A DNA stretch of 64,000 nucleotides from Phoronis australis (taxonomy: Eukaryota; Animalia; Phoronida): assembly GCA_002633005.1 (NCBI GenBank), contig NMRA01000017.1, positions 1,152,737 to 1,216,736 of the forward strand. Direction: 5' to 3'. Shown one piece after another: positions 24,466 to 36,300 of this stretch. The notes beneath the pieces are model-generated. The model was not told where the DNA came from. It saw only the letters and a list, made by a program, of their open reading frames with translations, and ran no database searches. The translations under genes were made by a program, and so were the position numbers. Positions within the stretch are counted from its first letter, which is position 1. Each line of letters opens with the position of its first letter.

Positions 24466-25932
24466 GCCTGTATTGGGTGTTTTAGGGTAACGCAAAATAC
24501 ATAGTTTGTCCACATGGACTAAAAACTGTGCAGAGTTTGTAATAATATTAATATTTCACAGCTACGTTGTTGTAGAATATAAGAATAAGGAGTCCTTGTG
24601 GCAATTCTCATAAATCTACATGTTACCCTGTTTAGTTGGCTTAAAACAAAAATCAAATTAGGCTTTTTACTCTCGTTCCTCTCATTTCCATTGCCAACCC
24701 AAGTCACAGGCAATACATACATGTGGCATTTTCGAATTCGCAATTTTACGGTTGACCGAATCCAGTAAACTCAAAAAGATTCTCTTATTTTAAGTTGCTG
24801 ATGGTTTCAATTTTGTTGTTGGTAGCGGAGTATAATCCTATATCATTGTAAGGAATGTTATGAGTAAAAGGCCCAATTCAATTTTAGTCAACTGAACGTG
24901 GCAAAATGCAGGGATAAAATGCGTCAGCTATTCAAGGCTCCTTTATCACTGAGGTATAAATTACCTAGTTTGCTTAAGCAGAGTCTGAATATTTGATGCC
25001 TTTTAACTCAGAAATAAGAATAAGATAGTTTTATTACCTGAAGCTGAATGTTGACTTTTTTACCCCTTTTGAGAGCTCAAGTGATAAAAGGAAGGCATAA
25101 GCATTATGCACCCATGCAGTGGAATGAGTATCCGGATTGACTGGTCAGCCAGTCTGGGCCAGTCTGGATACTGTAGTGTTGTTTTCAGTTTGACAGTGAC
25201 AAACCAATGTTTACATTACTTCATCTCTCTTATTGTGTTCTTTTATCCGATAAGCTCACCTAATCCAGCAATTATGTTGTAAAGAGTGCGCGTGATGCTA
25301 ACCAATTAATGCAAACGACTTTTAACAAATGTCGTGAAGCAGGTGTGTTTTGTATGAAATACTTTCACCAAAAACCTTCCAATGGATAAAAACGGCCAAC
25401 TTTCAGAGAAATTGGGCTTACCTTTCTCATGTTGATTCCTTTGTGTGACTGTAAGCTCTGATGGGCTTAACCACACTATTGTGTAGCAACACAAAAGGCT
25501 TGCATGACAATTTTAATTAAGTGTGATTCTAGGTTAGGTCCTGATAGTGGAAATTTCTTGATTTTTACAATCCAGGTGAATGGTAGGTAATGAGCACCGT
25601 AAAATGTCACCGATTTGGAACACAATATGACCAACTACTTAATTTTGTTTCACATTTTTTTCAATGAAAGATGCACCAAGTAGCTAATGTCGAGCTATTT
25701 TTTGAAAACTGGACATTCTCAATAACGTTAGAAGTTTTTGTAGAATGAAAGTGTCAGTTCTGGCAATTACTCGTGTCCATGATTGGTAAGATTTAACTGC
25801 ATTGTTCTTTTAACTTTGGGACATGGTTTTGTGTTCAAGTGAAGTTCTCATAGAACCAATGATATGGTAACCACTTTTTTCAGGATAGTTGAAGAGGAAG
25901 AGGAAGTTACTTATGAGGAAATAACAAATTAA
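2111..25932 (+). CDS. SHTN1: Shootin-1 homologue (coiled-coil actin clutch protein), 5'-partial, multi-exon
   Basis: Exons with AG/GT boundaries and matching phases: 2111-2163, 3289-3349, 6576-6670, 7370-7565, 8275-8372, 11331-11412, 12231-12325, 12752-12898, 13370-13523, 14667-14745, 16031-16101, (16531-16554), 18582-18679, (19723-19740), 21458-21514, 21917-22055, 22874-22973, 25884-25932 (TAA). Translation gives long coiled coils (AIADYDELKTKY; LRDKAESYA; LKRQS; AMKRQSSALI..DRLMKAM), an 11-Pro run, AIEEMMARIKKGNALKK and ESSAIGEMHGLL. These match recalled human SHTN1 motifs (AIGEYEDL, KAESFAQ, LKRQS, poly-Pro, AVEEMMDRIKKGVHLR, ESAVDELKGIL). Adjacent to ENO4 as in vertebrates. The last two exons are less certain. 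Confidence 0.88.
2638..3162. repeat. 19-bp minisatellite array bracketed by a perfect 19-bp inverted repeat
   Basis: More than 20 degenerate copies of AAATGTAGTGATCATCAGC at about 2660-3120. TTGGTGAGATTTTACCATA (2638-2656) and its reverse complement TATGGTAAAATCTCACCAA (3144-3162) flank the array. Confidence 0.85.
5190..5570. repeat. AT-rich degenerate trinucleotide low-complexity tract
   Basis: Decayed (ATA/ATT/GCA/GTA)n sequence. Confidence 0.7.
5865..6096 (-). mobile_element. tRNA-derived SINE with 11-bp target-site duplication
   Basis: Minus strand begins GGAGACAGTG-TGGCCTAGTGTG (A box) ... GGTTCGAGCACC (B box, 6029-6040). The element is flanked by the direct repeat AGGTTCACCAT at 5854-5864 and 6097-6107. 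Confidence 0.8.
8018..8240. repeat. 57-bp minisatellite x~4
   Basis: Units start at 8018, 8075, 8132 and 8189; consensus TTCTGGCACTTCTAGAAGATGGTGTTGACATCTGCAGATGTGTAAAGGTTTAAACCA. Confidence 0.92.
10756..11075 (+). mobile_element. Dispersed repeat family A, copy 1
   Basis: CATTAGGTAACTCTTACGC..TGCACTGTTCACCCCA..CAAAGGCTTGATGG..ACTGTTTTTAAAATTGAAAAGTAAATATTAG is shared with about 15495-15785. Confidence 0.75.
13970..14400 (+). mobile_element. Dispersed repeat family B, copy 1
   Basis: GATAAGCTCAC.TAATCCA..TGATGCTAACC..AACAAATGTCGTGAAGCAG..TGTTGATTCCTTTGTGTGACTGTAAGCTCTGA..GAAATTTCTTGATTTTTACA is shared with about 25170-25590. Confidence 0.75.
15495..15785 (+). mobile_element. Dispersed repeat family A, copy 2
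   Basis: Diverged direct copy of 10756-11075. Confidence 0.75.
16765..17070 (+). mobile_element. Dispersed repeat family C, copy 1
   Basis: ATGATCAAATTTCATTTGA.TATAAATGTTC..GAAGTTAGCCAAATTTGGA..TAACCTTAA is shared with about 56410-56695. Confidence 0.65.
18085..18553. repeat. ~21-bp minisatellite with embedded (TG)n
   Basis: Many copies of TGTGATGTCATGTGGCCACTC variants, ending about 30 bp before the SHTN1 acceptor at 18581. Confidence 0.85.
20399..21220. other. ~410-bp near-identical tandem duplication across an assembly N (probable false haplotype duplication)
   Basis: 20399-20809 is repeated at 20811-21220, separated by a single N at 20810. The differences I saw were two substitutions and a 1-nt poly-A indel. 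Confidence 0.85.
24045..24246. mobile_element. Short GC-richer insertion (MITE-like) flanked by a direct repeat
   Basis: G-run near the left end and C-run near the right end; ATGCTCTTC occurs at 24036-24044 and 24247-24255. Confidence 0.55.
24372..24463. repeat. (CA)n microsatellite
   Basis: Long interrupted CA run. Confidence 0.95.
25170..25590 (+). mobile_element. Dispersed repeat family B, copy 2
   Basis: Diverged direct copy of 13970-14400. Confidence 0.75.
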
Positions 25933-27324
25933 AGATCAAAGGTTTAAACCATGAGGAAATAACAAATTAAAGATCAAAGGTTTAAACCAGAGTCAATAGT
26001 GAGTGATATGTGTACAGGGTTAATTGGATAGTCAGGATGAACCTTGGTTTTTCCTACTTAGGTGGATGGCTAATAACTTGAGTACTTTTTCTCATTATTT
26101 CAAAGGATTCTCCAGGTTTACCCAACTGAGCTTGGCACGTGATATAGTTGGTTTACATAAAAAGGTGTGATCTAGTCTGTGGCCAGTTGTAGTATCTGTT
26201 TCTGTATTACCCAATACTTTTCACTTGTAATAGTGTCGATAAAATGTGCTCACCCATGCTATAATGTACATTGTATATACTAAGTAATGTTAATGTTCTG
26301 GCTTTCACTCATTTCTCTGAACTGCTTAGTTTCATAGTTTTCTGTATTGTTCTGCAACTGGTTTAGAAAAGTTGCTGTACTTAGACTAAGATACATTGTA
26401 AACAAACTTTGATCAGCCAGCTTTCCAAATGTGATTTAGAAGCTTTCTGGTCTATCAGACAAAACTCAGTAAACAAACGACGGTGACAGACTGAATAAAA
26501 AGATGTGAACTATCTTAAATTGAAATAGTTTATATCAGTCAATCACCGTCTTTTCTATGAATTTTAACTAACTATGCAAGTACTTATATTTCTTATAAAA
26601 ACTCATAATTATTAAGTCTTAGAAAACTGCATAAATCTATGTTGTTGCCATTTTACTCTGACTCATTATTATGATACCATCTTCTCAGATGAGTGTGTAA
26701 GCGATAGACAAGCCCCCCTGTATGTGCTGACAGAATGATCTCTAATGTTGACTATTGTTTTATTTTTAATATTTTTCCATTTTCGTAAATCCTAAATGCA
26801 TATCATTGTTTTGCCATTTACTTTGCATTTGGAATATTGAAATTAACTACCGGTAATTAAAATACTTTTGTTACCAAGAGTCACGATTCTTTAAGCATCT
26901 TTTTAAGTATTAACTGACATCCCTTTAAACTCTACTTTTTCAACTTTTTATGAAGGAAAGGGTCGAATTGGTTTTTGCAGTTGTTAGTCATGTGGTATTC
27001 TTCGGTCATTAACTTAGTATTTAAAAAGCTGTTTGAATTTTAGACAAATCATGGCGAGTGTGATTCGGCATTGATAATAGATTTATGTTTAGGAAGAGCA
27101 TACTTTTATACTGAAGACAAAATTGCAAAAAACACTTGTTGTTAACAAGGAAACATAATGCACAATTATATCTAACCTACAAAAGACAAAAACTTGTTAC
27201 GTCACTCATTGAAATTTTATGTTTACTGCATAATCTCTTTATTGCTGATGGTAATTCTTCCCTTATTTTGTCGAAAAATATCGAAATTGTCCTTCTCTAT
27301 TTTTCATATTTAAAGCTTATTAAC

Positions 27325-27473
27325 CAGTGGCGGATTTAGAAGGGGGCCATGGCCCCCCTAAAATTCTCCCAGATTCCATTTTACAGTTCGGGAGTGAGAA
27401 TGTCTGACACGCAAAATCCTGGCCAAAACTCTGCCCTGGCCCCCCCAACTCAAAATCCTGGATCCGTCCCCCG
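27325..27473. mobile_element. hAT-like MITE
   Basis: Starts CAGTGGCGGATTTAG and ends CTGGATCCGTCCCCCG (imperfect TIRs), with G/C runs inside and TTAAC on both flanks. Confidence 0.65.
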
Positions 27474-28115
27474 TTAACCTCCCCCCTATAGTAGAAACTG
27501 CAGAAAATATTGTTTTGTATCATCTGTATAATACAAACTAAGTTCATGTAAACAGACTTATCTTTTCGACAAAGTAAAATTGCGCATTCCCGCTATATAT
27601 ATTCTGTGCTAAATGGCTGAAGAAATTACTGTCATCTTGTACAGATAAACTATAGTAATCTCTCAGACAGTAGCTTGAATGACTACTATATAATGCATTA
27701 TATAAGTTTTTATATGTGTTACTTGGATTTTATTTACCCGACTGTTTTCTTCATTCAACATTCTGGTGGAGGTTGATTTAATTATTCCAATCTAGCTACA
27801 GATGTTATGTACAGTTGAAGTGAGTAAATAAAGATACCTTTGCTGTTAATAACTTATACTTGTTATTAAAACACTGCTCATTATAGAATGGGTCCATTTA
27901 AGTCAAATAAAGAAAAATGTTGGGACCGTACAAACTTTGGGTTTGACAGTTTGCCAAGAGCCTAAAAGCCATTATCGTCACATGAGATGTGACTTAATTT
28001 AAACTGCAATTTTGAATTGATTGAGGATTAACAAACCTCTTGTCTTACAGTGTTCATATCAAAGAGACTAAACATAATTGCACAATGCCAACGAAATGCA
28101 GAGGGTAATCGTGAT

Positions 28116-28523
28116 CTGAGCCCGGTCTCTAATCTTTGTGCTCGAAATGAACTCTAAACTATTTTTGGCAATTTCTCTGCTCCTTTTGTGCGAACTTAAG
28201 ATAATTGGTTATCAGACTGTGCTCGAATACATTATAGTTTATGCATAGGAGTTTCTAGTTCAAGTTTGCCCTTGAAGACCCAGCTATATTTGTGCTACAA
28301 ACTTGAGTAAAAACTCAAAATTTCGAGTTCAAACTCGAACTTATTGCTTTAATATTGGGTTTACAAACTGTGAACTAAGGGCAATAAATTATCTACGTAA
28401 GTTATTGTGTACTCGAGCATAGAATAATAGATACTATCTTGAGTTCGCCCAAAAGTAGAGTACAAAATGCCAAACCTAATTTCGAGTAACATTTCGAGTA
28501 AAAAGATTGGAGACCGGGCCCAG
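28116..28523. mobile_element. MITE with ~34-bp terminal inverted repeats
   Basis: Left end CTGAGCCCGGTCTCTAATCTTTGTGCTCGAAATG versus reverse complement of the right end CTGGGCCCGGTCTCCAATCTTTTTACTCGAAATG. Confidence 0.85.
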
Positions 28524-30394
28524 GACAGAGCGTTTTTGAGGTCAAATTCAGCATCATTATGTCGTGCTATTTGAGCTTTCTCCTGCTTTTTTCTTATTTC
28601 ATATAAAACATGACGGGCATTTACTGCAAATGAAGAGTAGAAGCCAAACTCTTAAAATCCTCAAAAATCTTCACTTACTCGGGCATAAAATCAGGGTGAA
28701 TTTCAAATTTTTGTCAGAGGTCCCTTTGTTTAAGCGGCTGTAACAGACAAAAACAAATATTAGGTTTTAAAAAAATTCAGTGGTGAAACTGTTGAACCCC
28801 CTTGAGTTATTTTCACAGGGACAACTTTTAAATATGCAATAAACCTGCGCTTTACGAGCCAACTTTTAATTAAGTTCACTTAATGTTATAAAATCATTCT
28901 CTTGATGCTCCGTAATTGGAAACAATTTCAGTGCTCTAGAACTGACAGTGCATCACTGCTTCATGTCAGCCTCATTGCTCATCAAGGCGGGTTAGTTCAG
29001 CCAAATGAGCGGTAAAAGCAGTTGAGAATATCAGTCAGCTTTAGTGTTTAACTTACCAATTACAATTCAAGCAAAGGACAAGAATGTTTAGGAAGAGCAA
29101 ACACGCCTGTGAAGAATTTTTACGATGTCAGAACAAACTTTACTCAATGAGATATTTATCTATAACTGTACAAGACTGCATAGGTTTATGTTCTGAAGAA
29201 CAAGTTTATTTTTTATCACCTATTAAGAAGTCAGTTACATGACATTGGCTCACAATGCCACACTCTATATAAAGATTTTGCATTCAACAACTATTTCATC
29301 TATCTCACTGATACAGCAAAAGAGGAGTTAGCCTCGTTCTTGTCTCCAGCACGCAGTCAGCTTCATGCAAGCCAAAAATGCAGGCAAGTAGCTGACTGGG
29401 TCAACTTCCTGATTTAGTTGGTCATGCCAGTTCATGAGCCTGACTAGGCTGAAGAAAACACATGAAACAATGTTTGTTAATCTATATAATGAATTACTCT
29501 TAAGTATTCTATAAGCAATGTGATATACAAGTGTACAGTGTGTAGGATAAGGTTTGTAGCAGAGCTATGTGTTTATTACAAACACCTTCAAAGCATACAC
29601 GGAGTGATCTCATAAAGGTGTTGGCGTTCTTGAGAACAAATCAACATGTCATGAGCTTGAAACATTAATAAACCAAGTTAGGGGCCGTAGTTCTTAGCTT
29701 TCGTGTAATTAGGAATACTAAGTACTTACCCTATTGAAGAATGAAAATTAAGGGTTCAACCAGACTGCTTTTCAAACATGGCGCTCCATGAGGATTTAAG
29801 CTAAGTATTCACAGGATGTGACAAGAAGCATTTTTGTTTCAGATTGAACTACACATAAAATGACAAGTGAATATGATATTTACATTTATTACAAAAGTGC
29901 ATAATAAATAAGCATTTGCAACATGACAAACATCACCTGTACATATAGTAACAGTTCATTTCTATTTACATAATTATAGTAACAAGTTCCATTTAATGCC
30001 TATAATTTTAAGTTTCTTAAAAGACAATAAATAAGAAAACTGATTTCTGATTTACCAAATGAATGGTAAAAATACTGAATCTATGTCTAGAATATGTTCA
30101 GTCTTGTACTATTAATATTTCTATGGCTGAAGTAAATCACTCGGGCAAACTCAACATCTTTTTGGATGAATACCCTTAAAAACCTCAAACATTTTCAGAC
30201 AGATATAATTACTTGAATTGCTCATATCTTAAAAGAAAAGCAAAACCAGAGTCATCATTCTTGTGTAATTATCTCCCAGTTGAAGTTGCGATAAGTATAG
30301 CCAAAAATTTTCAGTATTTTGTGCCATTCCAGGAAAATAGACAAAATAATCTTTCATTAAAAAATGAAAGAATTTTTAATCTTTCCAACTCTGC

Positions 30395-33300
30395 CTACTT
30401 TTTCTTTTGACCGTCTGCTTCGGCTGGAACAGTTTCCTCTTCTTGCTCTGCTGGAGGTGGAGGCAGTTGAATTCTGGGTATTTCATACCCAGGCCAGGTG
30501 CCCAGTTTGCCTTGATATTTGAGATGACTTTCAATCTGTAGCAGATGGTTGTACTTGGCGACGCGCTCTCCGCGACAAGGGGCCCCGATCTTGATGAACC
30601 TGGCACCAACACCAACGGCCTGGTAAATGGATACAAGACCATGAATTAAAAATGAGAAACTGTTATCATGACAAAGTGTTGTCACTGACTACAATTTTTA
30701 ATTTATCATTTGAAATGTTGTGAATTAGAAATAATTCTTGTAATCAAAGTTCTTGAAAATGACAAGCTTGTTACTTTTCAAGTTAACTTCATTAATAGAT
30801 CCACATCCCCTACAGAGCTACAAACTAGTAATCAAGTCATTTGCAATATCTATAAGTAGAAACAATTTATGAAGCCAACACTCTACATAATGTAATCGTC
30901 TTTAACCTGCCATATCAAAAAACTTGCAAGTGGAAGTAATTTATATATACTTACCTTCAAAGATAGCACCACATGTATTTCAAACTTTCACAATTATACA
31001 CTATACACAAAATCAGTGAATAGCCTTAATTGTCTTTTAAAGGACATGGTGCAAAATGGAGTGCCAGGATTAATGTTCCAACAATTCTGTTAACATTTGA
31101 CTAAATGCTACAGGATAAAAATTGCTATGGATAGTAAACAACTACATACCAAATCTGCTAGTATGGTATCCTCAGTATCAGCTATGTTTGTTGATATGAC
31201 AATTTGATTATTGGCACCTATAAATAAGACATACATGACATATACAAACAATTTCAAACTTAGCTCCTACTCGGATGAAAATTCACTTTTGCAAAGATAG
31301 CTAGTGACAAAGAAATTTTTAAAAGACATGTCTACTCATTATTTCATCACTATAGTACCTCCAAATAGCTCAAACGGTTGCTATCTCTGGTTACCATAAC
31401 ATCCACAGATGACAGTATTCAACTCTCTGCTTGATGCTAATCTATCACAAGATGAGTTCTAACATATTCACATTGCCAGCTAACAAACAAAAGAACCAGC
31501 CCATGACTACACCAGAGCACATTAAGAGCTCACCCTCCATCTTAGTTGCACAGTCCACCAGATCAGTTAGGGTGGTTAGGTGATCCCAGTGCATCACCAC
31601 ACCATTTGTTTGAAAGGCATCCGTCAAGGGCTCGTCTTTCAGCAGACCTGGCCGCTTCCAAGCAACGTCCCCCATGACATAACATGTCTCTGTAACACGG
31701 TCACACACTCGAATCCAACTTTCTTTTTCCTGAAATGCACCAACTGAAGATTACAGTTCCAGGTTGAAAAAATTAGATAAGCCTTGATTTTTGTAGTGTA
31801 TTGACCACAAATAATTGAGAAAAGAGAATATTTCGACTTAAAATAAAACATGCACAAAGCAGAAGTGTCCATAACGACCTCTTGTAATACTACAATGTTA
31901 CAGCTTAATCAGAAATATAAACAAAGCTTCAGTGAAGTTAAACAGAGTTCAATGCAATAGACCTTATTTGAGACTGTGTACATGGCGATTTTGCCCACTT
32001 CCCATAGCAGCAACACATTGTCAAAACATTCACCAAAGTCCACAAAAAGAAAACTAGCAGCATGTTTCTTGTGAGAAACACAAGATCGTGCAAGACCAGA
32101 TAAAATCACACGACTGAAAGGTGAGTGTTTCAAGCATTGGAAACTGGCGTATACCAGCAAAATTAATTGTTACCACAGAAATGAGGCGTTGGCAAGGTTG
32201 GAATGTTGAATAATGAACATGGTTTCCAGAGATTGATGGCTGCAAGTGTATAGTGCCTTGAGTTTACGGAACTGAATGCAACCAGTATATCTTCAAAATG
32301 TTATTCAGGCAGTGTAACCCATGAACAGAAATGAGACATCGGTGTCACTATGTTGCTTACAGATGCATTGCAGGGCAACGCATTCAAACATGTTCAACGG
32401 ATATTGGTGGTCGTTTAGGTTGCTCCACTGAGATCGAAATATGTTTAGGAAACTAAAGAGTACTTACTATTCGTAATAATACAGAATACCTAGAGCCTAG
32501 TATTAGTTTTTGATAAGCGCATCAACACTGAATCCTTAAAGTTAAGCTCTTAAAATATACACATAGGAGTTGCTGAAAACATGTCAATTTCCGAATAGAG
32601 AAAATACTGAATGCAACCAATTAACATCTAAAATTTTAATATACAATACCTACAACACACCCCACAAGTACAGATTGAGAGCAATTCAATGAAACCTATC
32701 AGAGTTAAGTACGGAAGTATACATAGGCAAGCAAAAGAAAAAATCACATTCACACACACGAGTTTGCTGAACATTTTGTACATGGTTAGAAAAAAAGCTA
32801 GAGTAAATATGCAGCATCACACTGCAGATACACCTTGAACTGTGCAATACATCAACAATTGATCATCAACATCAAAGTCTGCACGAAGTGTCATACTCAG
32901 TGAACTCTAAGTATATTGTAATTCACACTGTGAATCCAAAGTTCACAAACATCAAGGTAATGCATATTTTATTTATTAAACGCGCCTTTTCGGAATTAAG
33001 TCAAGCAAATCTAATGTACATTTTGCAAAGACAAAAAATGGTTCAAAACCTTTTATATTTGCCTACTAACCACTGATCTTAGTTTCCTATTGATCAATGG
33101 GTTATTTTTCTTTCAAACATTATGACACTCTCCTCCCATAATGTCAATAACACAAGACCTTGTAAAGATACAGTAAAGCTACCACAAGTGGATATAATCA
33201 AAGACACTCAATGTGCAATTCTCGAATACTATTAAATTAAAACTGTGCAAGTATTACCTTTGGACCCTGATAACATAATAAGTAACAAGTACATGAAAAT

Positions 33301-36300
33301 GAACGTTTAGAGCCCCAAACACGTACGCACAAATGTCGACATTTTCATTTAAAGTTTGTTCCAGAACATGTATGTGAAGCTACCAAATGTTCTTCAAAAA
33401 TTATACTTTCAAGTACCCATGTTCACTGATACTCAGCTTAAAAACATTTCTAAGTTTCTCAATTATACGGTGCAGTTCGGCAGCCCTCCATTGACACAAA
33501 CTAATGGTTGAAGGCATGACTGTACTTTTTGTTAGACAGCTTGATGTATACTTGCATGTAGTCTACACAATCTCCTATCTATAGGCATGTAGCTATGAAG
33601 CAAAACACCCAAGAGACATAATGGACAAACAAGTTAAAATACTAGCTATATTTCGAGACCACATATTTCATCATCAGGCAATATTATGTTCATTTCACTC
33701 ATTTCCTGATGATTAGACATGAGGTCTCGTAATATGGCTAGTATTTTAACTTGTTTGTCTGTTATGTCTTTTTTTTCTTCATAGCAGCATGCCTGAAGAT
33801 AGGAGATTGTTTAGAAACTACAATTGAGTATATTAAGCTGTCTAACAAAAAGTAAAGTCATGACTTCAACCACATTAAAAGGTGCAATGATAATACAGAA
33901 TGTAGCTGCTTCACTGAGATCAGGCTCAAGTTTAATTGTCATGGCCGGTTACTACAGCTGCCGAAATAGCATGGGCCTCAAAAGAACTCGCATTTACTGC
34001 AACCAATTTCAATTCAAGCAAAGGATCAGAACATGATGACCTGAAGGAAGTTGTATTTGATACCAGGGCATGGACTCTAATCTGTGTAATGCAAAAATCA
34101 GTTTAAAAATAGACCAACTGAATAGCACCTTTGAGTTGTCTAAGCGGGAAACTCACCACATTCCTGACAGGGTCAATCAGTGCGACTACAGCTGGATACC
34201 GCGTCACAATATCCGCCCAAAAGTCAGCCATTTCTTCTCCGGATTTCATCTGACCAGATATCACTTCATATTTCCCCTTGTCCTGAAAAATATTGTGAAA
34301 GAGCAGACTACATTATTGCAACCGCACCATCAACAAAGGCCTAGCACTACCAATGTATCACACGAGGCCAAGTCAATTACAATCCACCATACTCAACTGT
34401 ACGTTATGGTACAGGGACCTGTTTCAAGCAACTCGACTTCATAACCTCAAGTCTCAAGTGAAAGAATTGTCATGTTGTCCATGGCATTTTTACAGAATTG
34501 TGATGCACAATAACAACTCATTCACAAGAAAGGACTCTCTAACTGTGTTGCCCAAGTTGCCCAAGATTTGAGCACATGATCGTGAACAGAATTAGGGATT
34601 GCAATGAAGTCAACGACTATGACAAATGAACCTTTTCGCACACATAAAAAGTCTCGTGCAATTTGTAATCACCAGATCGCTATTCCATCCTTGAGATTAG
34701 TACTAAGCACATAACATCTATACCCACTTTTGATTACATGTACATGATAAAGACACTGCCAATGTGCGATGGCTACAAAACTGTACCAAAACTGTGAATG
34801 TACTCGGAAATCATAATCGTGAATTTGGAGTTCAACAGATGATTTATGAAGCTTTGTGACAAGTTTGAAACCAACACCACCACTTGTGTATTGAAGAGAT
34901 TATCAGCTTTTGTCTTTTGACTTAAGCTAAAAGTCAGAAATCTGTTGTCACCAGTTCATTTTTTGTTTTTTGCATTTCTCGAAACATATCTCCTGTCTAG
35001 TCAAGCAGACTACGGATTTCTGTCTTTTGTCTTTGAGTTCTGTCTTTGTGCAGCAGGCTAAGCCACCCGTTAACTGACTTTTAGTTGAAAGTCAAGACAA
35101 AAGTCAAGAGACAGTCAATCAGTTTAAGTATCAATACATTTTTTCATACACAACAGATACATCTTAGTCAAGCTTTCAAAAGTTGAAGTGACAGTTTCAA
35201 GACAAAAAACAACCAAAATTAAATTCAAACCAGGAATAAACATTACATATACCTTAAGAATCAAGAAAATGTTAATTAACCTAGTATTAAAAACAAGAAT
35301 CGTTAAACTAAAGATGAATTTGGGACATTACGTTAATTACAACAAAATAAGTAAAAAAATATAAAAAGAAAAAACAAAGATGTACCATATATGTGCAGAT
35401 TTAGGCCCATGCCTCTGAATATGAAATAATATGTTTTTTTTTCAAAAAAAATTGAATTGTTTCACACACGTTCATGCCTAAGTTTCACCTACAAGCACAG
35501 GCAGTTATCTCTTGTATGTGCATGCCTTGAACAGGGTGAATTTTTGGGTGTATTCTCTCCAGATCCAGTATTAAAATTATTTAAACATAAAATATAAATG
35601 CATCAACTCTATTTAGTAACAACTAAGTTAATCTCCAGTCACAGGCTATTTCAAAGACTTGATTCTTCAGTTTTATTAGGGACATGCGGCCAATGCCAGA
35701 CATAATAGGGCGGAACACCACATATGGGCACATGGGCCTAAATCCGCACACATATGGTAGTAATTGTGCGCCATCTCTTACATAGTCAAACATCTCATGT
35801 GCTGCACAGTTGAGGGCAATGTTGAACTCCTCTCCAGCAGTGAAGCCACACAAGGTGAGGACTTCCAGCAACATGTCCAGGCCTTGTTCTGGTCTGTCTA
35901 GTTGGGGACAGAGGGCACCAGTGTCAGTGCCATTTTTGATGACCACCTGAAACAGTGGAGAACAGCATGCAGACGTGAATTCAAGCAATACCATCTGAAA
36001 ACACAAGCCATAAGTACCTATAGTGTAATAAACAAAACGTACAGTAAAACATACACTAATCAAACCCAATGACTTGGATCTTTGCTAATTTCCAGCAAAG
36101 CTTTGCAGTATTTTTGTTCCAAATATCCACACTCTTTTCCAATGAGTCAGACTCAGCTTTAATGATTAGCATAAAATCTCCTGTTGGAGTTGGACCCAAC
36201 TCATCCAAGTTTACTGTGAGTTTAAGCAATACATTCTGTCAGTACAAGATATATGTACAGAGAATATAATTAAGTAATGTGAGGTGTGAGTGCCTGTATT

